Part shown: positions 12,336 through 24,860 of the stretch, one piece after another | Numbering within the stretch: position 1 is the stretch's first letter | Layout of the letters: the number at the start of each line of letters is the position of its first letter | Origin: Vicugna vicugna | Lineage: Eukaryota | Length of the DNA: 64,000 bases | Assembly (NCBI GenBank): GCA_013265495.1 | Contig: MU058584.1 | Span: forward strand, 3,414,508 to 3,478,507 | Reading direction: 5' to 3' | The notes under the pieces: generated by a model | The model's database searches: none | Seen by the model: only the letters and a program-made list of their open reading frames with translations | What the model was told of the DNA's origin: nothing | Program-made: the position numbers and the translations under genes

Positions 12336-12869
12336 CCTGGTGTGTGCCTTCTCCATTGGCAGAGACAAACAGCAAGATCCAAGCCTCCCAGCCACAGGAC
12401 TCTCTCATTTCCTAAGAATTCTGGAAGTGAGGGCTCAGGGGCAGTAGTTCTTATTCACTGACTCCTGGAGTGGTCAAACAACCCACCCAATGATTTTCCT
12501 GGTCGGTTTCCATTTAATGTCATTGAGAAAATCAGAATCCCTTTCTAGAAGAAATGAATGGGGAAATAGCCATCGCTTTTACAGAGACCCAAGTAAGGGG
12601 CTATCTTGCCTTTATTAGTTCAAAATATATTAATTATTCTAGAAATTAAATTGTACTTTTGGCATGCCACCCAGTGAGCGTGTTAGACCCCTTATCCTAC
12701 ATGGGCCACGTTAACACGAATCTATACAAGGCATCTTGAATCCTATTTCTCCAAAGCCAATAATAAGTATCTGGTATTAGCACCAGCTGTTCAGTTCAAG
12801 GTCCTCACTAGTCTCCCAAACTTCAAATCTAATTGCCTGCTCTCATCGCTTGTCTTATTTCATTTGCGC

Positions 12870-13760
12870 ACTTGTCAAATATTTATAGAGTGCCTTCTAG
12901 GTGTCAGATATGCTTTAAACACTAAAGATATGGCAGTTAATCACATAGACATGGTCTGTCTATGTGATTACCTCTATGAAGGCCAGGGAGACAACAGTCA
13001 CGTAAATATATGAATAAATAACATAGTTTCAAATAGTTATGATTGTTATCAAGAAAGTAAAATGGGATAAGAGTGACTGAGGAAAGCTTTTACTGCAGAG
13101 TCACTTGTGTTGAGACCTGAATGGTGAAAATCTGAAAGCAATGCAAAGATATGGAGGCAGAGGGTTGCAATCAAGGGAAACATCTGGTGCAAATGCCAGT
13201 TAGAGGAACTGACTTGAAGTGTCCAACGATCAGAAAGACAGCCTGTGGCTGCAATGTTTAGCCTGACTTCTTTCCAGCATTTGCGTTGTTTACCATCCTA
13301 ATGTTGAAAGAACTTACCTAGTTCTACATATTGGCTCCCTTTGCTGGTTCTCTCCAAGGTCCTGAAGAATGATTGTGCCCTTTTTTTGGAGAGCTTATCC
13401 ACTTCTAGAGTTCACCTGTGACCTCAACTTTGTCCTACACTTGCTAACTTCTGAATTCAGGTAAATTTTATATGCATGGAAATGGCAAGAAGACTTGCTA
13501 CCTTTCCAGATGTCTTCTCTCTAGAAACCAGAAACATTTGCGTAGTCTGGAAAGATATGTCCTGAACTAAAGCGATGGCTGAAGTAGAATCATTGGTACG
13601 TGATAGCTTATTAGACATAGGTGTGTGGATGTGGATGTGTGTTATGAGAGTGAGGGAGGATGATCCCAAAGTGTCAGACTTGAATCAATGGGTAGAGGGT
13701 AGTGCCACTCATTGAGATTCAGAAAATAAGAGGAGAAGCAGGTTTTGTTTGGGTGGATAG
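12870..13760 (-). mobile_element. L2 LINE fragments
   Basis: caaatatttatagagtgccttctaggtgtcaga (reverse L2 3' end); tgccactcattgagattcagaaaataagaggagaagcaggtttt. Confidence 0.65.
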
Positions 13761-14812
13761 GTGGATACAGGTAATGGAAGGTAAGGCAGAGTAGAAAGGG
13801 AGTTAAGAAGAAATCCCCAAACCTGAAGGTGGGACTCCAGCCGGAGAAGGTCTCTTTCTGCCATCTTAGATTGGAACTTCAAATTAAATGTTGCCAAGTA
13901 AATACAGTTACAATGGGAAGATAGTTCTATAATACTATTGAATGCTATTATTCCTCTATATTCAGGTAAAATAATTTTACAAGTTGATCTAGACATTTAC
14001 CCCTAATAATGAAATTCCTTCTATTAAATCAGAATGCTACAAGTCATGTAAGTTAAAAGTTGAGCCAATTCCCTGGAAAATTCAGGCTAGAGCTGTTTGA
14101 TGTCATTTCAATGTTCCCTCTGTTCAACTAAGTAGATTTTATAAACACAATCATAAACATGATCATTGGCTTTCAAGAATTGGAACATAGTGACAGACAT
14201 GGCCAACAGTATATCCTGGCTAACATTCACTAATCATTACACAAGATTTATTGGGCACCGACTCTGTGCCAGACGTTATGCTGGGTGCTGGGAATGCAAA
14301 GATGAATGAGACATAGCCCCTGCCCTTAAATTATCAACAAATCATACCTGGGCTGACCATTCTTCTTCAAATTAGTGATTCCTTTTTATAACTGATGGAT
14401 ACTGTCTTTTAAGATGGTTTGTGTATCAAGAGCATGGGGGACCAACTTGTGTTTACTCTTTTACTCTAAGAGTGCAAATTACCATCTCACCGCAGAGCCC
14501 TGTGCTGCCAGGAGACTCATTGTAGGTCACTTGGAAGAGGAAGGAAGTCTAGTAGGGGTCAAGACCTGCTACAGTTATTATTTTAAGAGTTTGTTCCACT
14601 TGGAAAATAGTTTCCTTGATTATTCCTTATGCATCCTCTCACCTGGCCTTCTGATAAGGCAGCTTCAGGGCCTATGTCCTGGCATTTTGATGGAATAGGG
14701 TTATTTTCTTTACCCTGAACACCAGGTGCTACTGGCTAAAAGCAGCAGAGGGCTGAATCTCCTCCCTTAAGTGTTCTGGCAGCTCTGCAGCAAATTTGGC
14801 CACTGAGCTACC

Positions 14813-14906
14813 CAGGCTTTGTTGTTTTCCTTCCTAATGGGATTTGTGTGTGTGTGTGTGTGTGCGCGTGTGTGTGTGTGAGAGAGAGAGAGAGAGACAG
14901 AGAGAC

Positions 14907-14937
<31 letters not shown>

Positions 14938-15296
14938 CAGAGGGAGAGAACGTGCTTCAATGTCCTCATTCTCAAATAGAGGTGGTGTTCTCTGCCTTAG
15001 TTATCTCACAGTATTGATCTGAAGGTAAAATGAGATAAAATAGGACAAAAATATGACTGTGCCTAGAGAAAATGAGTTGTGACATTTAAAAATATTACTA
15101 ATTTGTGGTGTTATTCAGTGTTACTCTGCATTCCTGTGAAAGAAAGAATAATCTCGTTAAGGACACCAGTCCTTTGATTTGGTTTTTGCTGGTGTGATCT
15201 TGGCAAGTTACTTAATCTCTTTGAGCCTCAATTTCTTTATCTATATCCCTGTTGTGTCTAAGAGAACAGGCTTTGTTGTTTTCCTTCCTAATGGGA

Positions 15297-15337
<41 letters not shown>

Positions 15338-15376
15338 ATGTGTGTGTGAGAGAGAGAGAGAGAGAGACAGAGAGAC

Positions 15377-15407
<31 letters not shown>

Positions 15408-15736
15408 CAGAGGGAGAGAACGTGCTTCAATGTCCTCATTCTCAAATAGAGGTGGTGTTCTCTGCCTTAGTTATCTCACAGTATTGATCTGAAGGTAAAA
15501 TGAGATAAAATAGGACAAAAATATGACTGTGCCTAGAGAAAATGAGTTGTGACATTTAAAAATATTACTAATTTGTGGTGTTATTCAGTGTTACTCTGCA
15601 TTCCTGTGAAAGAAAGAATAATCTCGTTAAGGACACCAGTCCTTTGATTTGGTTTTTGCTGGTGTGATCTTGGCAAGTTACTTAATCTCTTTGAGCCTCA
15701 ATTTCTTTATCTATATCCCTGTTGTGTCTAAGAGAA
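14813..15736. repeat. Tandem duplication: unit 1 14813-15266 (454 bp), unit 2 15267-15736 (470 bp), each with a (TG)n(GA)n/(GAGACA)n microsatellite and MIR pieces
   Basis: Unique sequence appears identical between units; offset is 454 before and 470 after the microsatellite. Confidence 0.95.
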
Positions 15737-16984
15737 CTGTGCAGCTCTTTTCAAATGACTACCTGCATCTTCCTGTGATCTACAGAAAACCAAAGATAAT
15801 TGCAAAATGGAGAGACCCCATGTGCCCAAGACAACAAGCTGCTGAAGGACCCGGATTTTAATTCTGATGCTTTGGTTAACTAGCTGGATGACCTTGGACA
15901 GACTCTTTGTTTACAGTGGTATTAGCATTTCTGCAATGTGCAGATGGAGAAGCTGGGGACATGACTCATCCCCCCAAGGTAATGAAAATCCTCGTGTCTC
16001 CCACCTTTAGAACCAACCAACCAATCAATACTCAACCAAACATTGCAATAAAAGATTTTCTCTTTTTGGTCATAGTCAAGCTTCTTAAAAGGTTGTCTAC
16101 ATTAATTTTCCTCACCTTTTCCCCTGCATTCGCTTCTTAACAAAGCATGGCAATCTATCCTTGGCCTCTTGCACTCTATTACACCTGCTCTGATTAAAAT
16201 ACATTTTTATTAACAAAAACAATGGCTATCTTTCAATCTTCATCTTCCTTAACATTTGGCTGTGAAAAGAAGAAGGCAAATGACCTTCACGTGTGGGAAA
16301 TATATTTTTAAGTTTGAGTCCAGGCGTACCAAGTCTCGATGCTGAAATCAAACTTGCCATTTAAAGGAAGTTTGTTCTGCTGGAAACAACCCATATTCAG
16401 ATACAAAATGTGAATTATTCAAGTAATCAAGGAAACTAGGTGTACTCAAATATCTTACTGTGACACCAGACACCAAAAAGCATTATCTGATGACGGGAAA
16501 ATGATTAGAGCACAGAGCAATCTGTTGCTTTGTTCTGACATGAAGTGATGATGGCAAAGTAGGCACCTGCTGCTATTTGTACCTGCTGGGTCCTCATACA
16601 TTTCAGACCATTGCCTAGTCATCCTGCTTCGGTCCAATCACAACCTATTTGTCCTGTATCCCATACCATTAAGACCTTCTTTGTTAAGGAGCATCTACAA
16701 AGACCCAAGCAAAATGTTAAATAAAGGTAGTCCTTTGAATTACAACAGGCATTTTCAAGGTTTAATTTCAGGCACATTGGCAAGTGGGTGCAGCAATATT
16801 TTTGATCAGAGGAACCTTTTCCAAGCCCCCTTGTAACCTCATCCTGGAGTTGGCTGCATTTTAATGGGGCATTTGGTGAAGCTGCTACCTTGAGCTGAGT
16901 CAGAACATTGCAGAGAAACTATCATTCTCAGAGGCTGTCAAGATGATTAAATAGGGCTGTTACGCAATAGGTCCCAAACCACAG

Positions 16985-17150
16985 CAGCAATGGAGTGGAG
17001 TAAACACTGGGCTGGGAATCAGGGGAACTAGTGTAGTCTGGTTCCGTGACTTTGGGCAAGTCTCTTCCACCCTCTGAGCCTGGATATTGTCACCAGTAAA
17101 AGGAGGGGCTGGCCTAGATAATTTCTAAGGTTGTGTCCAGTTCACTGACT
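16985..17150 (+). mobile_element. MIR/MIR3 SINE
   Basis: gtgactttgggcaagtctcttccaccctctgagcct core; ctagataatttctaagg tail. Confidence 0.7.
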
Positions 17151-17749
17151 CATTTTAAAAGAATCTCTTCTCTCAACCCTTCAGTTCTCCTAATTTCTTT
17201 GACCTGTTTTTAACTTACCTGATTTTACCGCTACTTTCCGAAGTGATTACTTCTTATCTCTCTGCCTCTTCACTTACTTTCTGACTAGTTCACTCAGATA
17301 CAGCCACAGGAAGCATGTATCTCATAAGCAAATCATCTCCTTTGAAGACAGTGTATCTCTACGCTATGCTCACAGTGGAGCAGTTACATGGTAAATTTGG
17401 GATGTGTCCAGAATATTCAGTCTTATAAAGCAAGGCTCTTCAGCTTGAACTCTTGGTCCTTTTCTAAGACTGTTCACTGATAACTTTGTACGAAATGCCA
17501 GCTGGGTGGCAAGATTTGAAACCAGATAACTCGACTAGACAATCAGGCCCTATGGGAAGTAGAATATAGCCATCCCGTGCCTTTGCTCTGATAATTACTC
17601 TCTCTAAAGGTTTTCAAACTCTAAGATTCATGAAACTTTTTACATTTTTCCCCCTTGCTCTAGTGCCTCAAACCCAAGCTGACAGAGGGCCAGGGCGTGG
17701 GAAGCAATGGTGACTCATCATGTAAACATATCAGTAAAAACCGTAACCT

Positions 17750-19850
17750 TCTTTCTTGGGGCTCAATTAAGGCTCATACAATAAATTTCTTAAAAAGATT
17801 CACAACTAGAAATACTGTGAAATTTCAGAACAATAAGGATAAAAAGAATATCCTAAAAGTGTTCCAACAGGGTTAACATAAAAAATACAGGATATTTAAT
17901 TAAATTTGAAGTTCAACTAACAATAAATAATTTTTAGAATAAGTATGTTCCCAAAACTTCCTTGTTTATCTGAAATGCAAATTTAAGTCAGAGATAGTAT
18001 ATTTTTACTTGCTATGTGTGGCAATTTCATTTCCCAAAATAAAGCCAGATCACCCAAATATCCCATCAACAGCAGTGGATGGTAAAAGGCAACCTGAGCG
18101 ATATTTCCAAAATTCAGAGGTATTTAGATTTTCAACCTCAAATCCTATGCTTACCCAACTCATCAATGAAGCATAAAAGAGAAAGAAAAATATTTTAAGA
18201 CATTCAAGGGCTTGGAAGAAAAGTGACTTCTCAGAAAGTTATTGAGCATGTGTCCCAATAAAACCAGTAAGTAAACCAAACAGGAAGACATGGAGTACAT
18301 GAAAGTGTGACTCAGGTTCAGAAAGGCAGTGAAGAGAGTTCCTAAGTTGGCAGGTATTCAGCAGAACTGGGGTAACTGGTGAGATTCTTTGACTGCAAAT
18401 AATAGAAAATCCAGCTCAAATTAGCTTAAACAAAAACGAAAGACAGGGAGGTCTCCCAGATTGATTTAGTCATTCAAAGATCAACAAAGATCCAGGCTTT
18501 TACCATCTTTTTACCTTGTCATTCCTGGTATTAGCTTCATCCTAAAGCTGCTTTTCCTCCTGGGGACACCTGGCTGCCAGAAAGCAAACTGAGCAATTGC
18601 ATCAGTGTTCACATCCAGCAGGAGGAAGACTGGCTTTTCTTTCCCTTTAAGTATCTCCTCACATCTCCTTGGCTCAAACTGGTCTATTGGGGATGCCCAC
18701 CTCTGGAAGAGTCTCTAGCAAAGGAAGCGGAGTTGTTTTGATTCTTTCATTCAGTGCCTACTGTGTGCCAGACACTGTTTTCAGCACTGGGGATAAAGCA
18801 GAAAATAACAGGTAAAACTGCCAGACCTCTTGGAGCTTACCTCCAGGTAAAGAGATGCTGAACAGCTATGCTGTAAGATGATGTGTGTTAGTGTGATAAA
18901 TAAAGCAGAGGAAGGGGTAGGAAGTGCTGTAGGGTGATGGAATTTTAGAGGAGGTGTCTGGGAACATCCTCACAGAGAATGTGACTGACTCGCTCCTCAG
19001 TCTGAAGGTCTGGGATGGAATGGGTCTGGGGAATCACCCACACTGTCCATTGCACCTGCAGAACACACAACCCAGGTCGAAGCAGGAGGACAGAGGGAGG
19101 TCTCCTGGGGTAAAAAGGAGACTTTGTAGAATACCTGATGTAATGGAAAATTTAAAAGTAGTGTTAGAATCAAAAGAAACAAAAACATGTGTAAGAAAGA
19201 AACTATACTTATAGAATACCACTTGACTCCTCCAAGCATATGCTCTCATAGTTACAATAAAGTAAATGCTGTTACTAGTTTTCAAATTTTAAAATGAACT
19301 GATAGAGAAAGCATGGAAGATTTAATTATAATTACAGAACCAAATGAAAATGTTATCACCTGGAATGCTCTAAGGCTGAAATACCAAAGAAGGAGATAAC
19401 AGAGCTAAAGACAAGACTAGGAGCACCCACGTTCTCATTGTGCCCACGGGGCTGCTAAGAGACAAACTATATTTGGTGGAATAAGAAATGATGGCGTATG
19501 TTTATTACCTAAAATTTTAAAGGTAACCAAATAGAGAAACTAAGTATGTGTTATAATTATATTGGGAAGTTGGGCAAGACAGGTGGGACATGATATAAGT
19601 GAGCTAAATCTTGTAGCAGCAAGTTGAATGTCTAAAATGGACAAATTCAGACATAGTTCATAAACTCCTGTATACTGTAGAACCAGAGATGAACTATGGT
19701 ATTTCTATGTAACTACAGAATAAACAAGTTAAAGTTAGTGGGTTGACTTTAGTTGGGTATAAGCGTGAGGGTGAGAGTGAAGAAGAGTATTGTTTTCATT
19801 ATTAGTCCTTTGGGAAAATTTGACTTTTGAACAATGATGTTTAAAATATC
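17750..19850 (+). mobile_element. Ancient L1ME-type fragments with nested MER3-like MITE (~17868-18028), MLT1 LTR (~18375-18740, -) and L2 (~18750-18990, -)
   Basis: ORF1-like gtgaaatttcagaacaataaggataaaaagaatatcctaaaag; MER3 motif aaaatacaggatatttaattaaatttgaa. Confidence 0.55.
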
Positions 19851-20679
19851 CAGTCTTCACTTCAGAAAAATTTTTTTCTGTACTCCTAAAAGTGATACAT
19901 ACTCATTATGGGAAATTTAGAAACAAGAGAAAAATTTCCAGTATTTAGATGCAACTCAAAATATTGGCTTACTTTCTTCTACTCTTTTAAAATCAATTAT
20001 ATGTATATACATTTGTGATTATGTGGAGTAAGGATACAACTTGATGAATTCAACTTTGTGAATCTAAACTGATTAGGGTAGATTCCATAGATAATTTGTA
20101 ACATTTAAAAATCTCCCTTAGGATTGAAAGCAAGACCAAAACAAATATGATATTAAAGTCTTTATGTGAAGAGACCTTTGACATTAAACAGTAACAGTAA
20201 AATTAGTCTGTTCACCAAGCAGACTAGACCTCGTCAAACTAAGATCAAGTTCACTCTGATGTTAATCAGGCAGCGAGAGCTATGAATTACCAGACAAAAT
20301 TACAAGATGGATTAGTCTAATAACCGAAGACAATTACATAGATACTTTATATAATTAAGACATGGTATTCAGATCCTGCCTTCCCCACTGGCCTTGCCTC
20401 CCAGCCCTCCACAACCTTCGCTCAATGCCCAAGCCACTTGGATCCAGTTGTGCATCACAAAATGTACCAGGCTTCTCTTCCTGCCTTTGTACTTGGGCCA
20501 TGCTGTTCCTTCTGCTTGGAATGCCCTTTGCAAGCTACTCAGCCTGGAAAAATGCTACAAATCCATTAAGTCTCAATCCTCTCTTTCCTGTGACACCATC
20601 TTAACTCCTTCATGGATGTATTACTGCTTATTTTCTTGTGCTACGACTAAACTTTATCCATGCTGTGACTAGTTACAGA

Positions 20680-20930
20680 GCTAAGAGTAAGTGTTGTGGG
20701 GTCAGACTGCCAGAGCTTAGCCCTCAGCTCACCTCTGGCTGGCCATGGGAGCTTGGATAAGCCACTTAACCACTTGGAGCCTCAGTTACTCATCTGTAAA
20801 ATGGCATTAATAATAATATCCCTCTCAGTGACTGTGAGAAAGATTAAAAGAAATAATACAAGGAAGGCACTTGGCACAGTGCCTAGACTATGGTAAATGC
20901 TCAGAAACATTTGGTATTATTTGTTGCTAC
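20680..20930 (+). mobile_element. Near full-length MIR SINE
   Basis: gagcctcagttactcatctgtaaaatggcattaataata core; gcacttggcacagtgcct...gtaaatgctca tail. Confidence 0.9.
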
Positions 20931-22524
20931 TGTTGCTGCTGTAATGGTTGGCTTGATGTCTAGCCACTGAGTTCAGGGACTGTAACTTTTCATCTTTACA
21001 TCTTCTGTACCACTGTAGAACTTGTCCTCGTGTCCTTGAAAGCCTGTAGACTGAATGAATGGACACGTGAATGATTTAGAGTGAATTCAGCTGCCTTTTC
21101 ATAGTTATCATTTTTAGGGATAGTAGTTCCAAGAATGGGTTTCAGAGTCACACAAGAAGCTAACCAACATTGATTCGGGGAGCTAATTTTTTTTAAATTA
21201 AAACAAAGAACCACTTCCTGAATACATTTACTATATTATCAGCCCTGAGATTCACTTGAAAGATGTGAGAGGTCTCAGCAATGTAGGACCTTACTCATCT
21301 TTCTTGTAAGATTTCTCAAAGTCACACAGATACTAGTCCTTTTGGTCAACAGAAACTGAGGACTAATGGGATAATGCACTTCAAGGAGGATATGAAGAAT
21401 TCTTAACCACAGGTGGGAGGATCATGAAGGTACTTTTTTTTTTATTATCTTGTGAAATGTCTCTATTCATGTTTTCTACCTGATTGCTTCTCTTCTTTCT
21501 CTATAGAATTATTGTACCATTTAAGCCGAGGTAAATTTAATGCCCGTGCAGTTTGTAGGGCTAATTTGTAGCCTGGGTACTAAGGGTGATTCTGTTCTGT
21601 GCTTTACCCCAGAACTAAGCCTCCTAAAGCCCCACTGAGAGAACAAGGAGACGCTTTACTCCGCCTGCAAGAGAATTGGGTTCTGTCGGTATTTTTCAAG
21701 TCTACGCCCTAGCCAGACACTCCGGCAGTTACTTGGGAGAATAATAATATTTGTCCTGCTTATCTGCAAAGGCTGCTGGAAGACTCTAGTGAGCCGTTTT
21801 ATTAAGTACAAAGTGATCTACAAATATAAGCATTTTTATTGTTATTAAAAACACAGCTCATCTTCCACTGGAACGTCTGGATAAAGGAATGTTGGTGTGA
21901 TAAAGAGCTGGAGCTAAAGAGGGAGAAACACTAAAAAATCTAATTACTAGATACCACAAATAGAGTGATTACTTGATTAGTTAATGATAGGGGCCCTATG
22001 TTTAGGACCTTTCAGTTGAATTGGCATCAACTCTCTTTGTCTATCAGGATTGGCTGATTTCTGCCAATGAGTAACTATCAAATCACTGAGGCCTAACTGA
22101 CGTGTGATTAAAGTGGACTCTGTTAATTGTATGGCTGAGTTTTATACAAGAAGCTGTATCCTTGATTTTTCTCCCTTAATTTCCTCCTGTTTAACTGTTG
22201 GTCATAAAATAGTTTCAAATATATCTGCTGAGCACGGAGAGCAAGTTTTGCAAATTGAGAAGTGCCTGAGTCAGTCTGTGCATTTCATGTAGTAAAACAG
22301 ACTTGGGGGAGCTCTTAGGCTGTAAGATGGATTGCTGCTTGGCTTCCACTCTCAACGCTGCTGGCTCCTTTTCTGCAGCTGCTCACTGGCGCTGGATCTC
22401 ATCTGTTATCATTAAGCCCATGCATAGCATCAATAGTGGCGAAAGGCTCAATCACTTTCTTTCTGACAGCTCATCCAATGTCCCTACTCAACCTTCTTCT
22501 AGATAGATGGCGATGATGACATCT

Positions 22525-23165
22525 GCCAGTCTAATCTTCCCAGCATCCATTTATCCTTTTTAATAGCACCTGATTTTCTTTAGGGAACCTGGCCTGGCCT
22601 CCCACTCCTTCTCTGCTTATGTTCTCTGTGGTACAAGTAGAGCTGATCTCATTTCCCTTGCTCCGAGGCTGACCTTAGACAATTAGAATCCCAATGATGG
22701 GTTCAGGGATGGGCATGTGACCCAACCTGGGCCAATGAGAGGCAACCCTGGGACTTTCTTTAGCAGGAACTATTGGGAAAGAACAACTCTCTTTTCCCTC
22801 TTGAATTTTTATTTATTTATTATTTTGAGTGAAGGTACTGGGGATTGAACCCTGGACTTCACGCATGCCAAGCATGTGCTCTACCACTGAGCTATACCCA
22901 ACTCCCACTCTTGAATTTTCAGATTGGTAAGACTTTTCAGGCCTAGAGTTTCCAGTCTCTTTGCCACCTACAAAAAAAGATTTCAGTCAAGAATGCAGCC
23001 AACACAGAGGAAAGGAGAGCCCAGAGATGGACAGAGACAAACTCCTGCTGGCATTGTTTGAATATGTGGATTCAGTCTTGCCTGAGGACAAGCCTGGACC
23101 TGTGCTTTTCCATTACGTGACCCAGTTTGCATAGATTTTTACAACTTATAACCCAGAGTCCTGAC
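22525..23165 (+). mobile_element. ERVL LTR (LTR16-like) interrupted by a SINE
   Basis: ggttcagggatgggcatgtgacccaacctgggccaatgaga motif; ends acttataacccagagtcctgac. Confidence 0.75.
22810..22907 (-). mobile_element. Camelid tRNA-derived SINE (Vic-1-like)
   Basis: Minus strand GGGTATAGCTCAGTGGTAGAGCACATGCTTGGCATG...GGGTTCAATCCCCAGTACC (A/B boxes), A-rich tail, 12-bp TSD CTCTTGAATTTT at 22798-22809 and 22908-22919. Confidence 0.92.
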
Positions 23166-24079
23166 CCAAATGATGATGCGGATGCTGAACATCTTTCTGT
23201 CTCAGCATGTCATTTATCTACAGATCCTTAAGAAAAATTAGAATGAGGCAGAAAGAAGTCAGTCTACAAGGTATAAAATTCAGAATTTAAAAAAATATAT
23301 ACTTAAAAAATATATATATATACACACACATTTTAAAAAGTACATTTTTCCTCCTAGAAGAAGTATGCTTGGGTCCATTGGACATTTCCTTTGATGCTGT
23401 TAGAGAGGAGTAGTTCTGTGCTCTCTCCCTGGTAGGAGAATGCACTCACTCAGTGGGGACAACCTGTCGTTCATTTGTTCATCCAGTGATGGGTGTCTGC
23501 TTGTGCCAGGTGATAAGGATGCATCGGGTGAACAAGATCTCTGTTTACCTAACAGAGATTACGATCTCATTGATTTTAGTGGATCAAGAATTTAGGGTGC
23601 ATGGAAATAAAGGAAATCAGAAGATTATGACAATTCTCATTATTGATGTGTGGTACCACCTGGGGACAGAGCCTATGATTTTGAAGGTGTGTTATTGAGA
23701 TGCTTAGTTAAACATTTCTGCTTTGTTGTTCATTTTATTCTATGATGACCCTCAGGTCTTTTAGTTTTCACTCTCAAAAAGGAAAAGTTTTCTTAAAAAG
23801 GAAATTGAGGTAGCTCAACAATTAGAAGGTTGTAAGGAACCAAAAATACCACCCATTAATCCTATTATTCTAAAGCAATTGGGTTTCTTTGGGGCTAAGA
23901 TTGTTGTAGATTCAGGGCACCTTTACTCCTGCTTATGTGGTTGAATGCATTTTATTTTCCCCAGCTCTGCTTGTATCAGATTGTATCAGAGGCCAAAGTT
24001 ATATTCCCCAACTCACAGAGGGAATAACAAATGGAGAGAAGGCAGGCGGACTTGTCTGGGTTGTCACAGTTGGAGGCTG

Positions 24080-24860
24080 AGAGAGATACTGATCCACTCT
24101 GGTCCTTCCCAGCCCACACTGGGCTAATGTGCCTACCCATTCACTCGTTCCCTTGCATTCCCACTACCCCAGCCCTGGTTGAGGTTCTAGTCAATGTAAC
24201 TCAGGGATGTGCAACTTCCTCCTGATTGTCCTCCCCACTGCCGCTTCCACTAACGTGTTCTATTGCACAGTGCTGCCAGAGGAATCTTGCTAATACACAG
24301 CAACGAGTAGGTTACTCCCCTGACCAGAAACTATCATTGGTTCTTTTTTGCCTGCAAAGCAAAGTGCACATTCTTTAACCAGGTTAGCAAAGCCCTGCAC
24401 AATCTAGCCTCCATCTCATGTCTTTCTTTCCATGACTCTCTCTCTCCATTCCCAGACCCATTGCTCTGGCCCAATTCACCATTCCCCAGACATGCCCTCT
24501 ACTTGTTCATACCTTTATTACTACTATTCCTCATCCTGGAATGTTTGCACCTCTGTGTCCCCAACTCCCCAAATGTTTTCACTTATTGAATTCCTACCTG
24601 TCCTTCCAGGCCTGGAGAAAAAGTCCCTTCGTCCATGGAGCTTTCAGAGCTTAGAAGTCACTCTTATTGTTATGTTTCATTTATTCATGCAGGTTTTTTT
24701 TCAAATTTGGCCTGATATTTATTTACATACCAGTCTGTCTCTCCTGATGACATGCAAACTCCTAAGACAAGGAACCTCACCTGGCTCTTCCCTGTGACTC
24801 CCATCTTGTGTGCTGCTTTGGAAGAGAACTAAAAAACTTTAGCTGAATGATGAGTGGGTT
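24080..24860 (+). mobile_element. L2 LINE fragments
   Basis: tgcacagtgctgccagaggaatcttgctaa...; tgcaaactcctaagacaaggaac. Confidence 0.55.

Noticed and set aside
15212..15492. ORFs with CV/RE/TH/SL repeats
   Set aside because: Translation of (TG)n/(GA)n microsatellites
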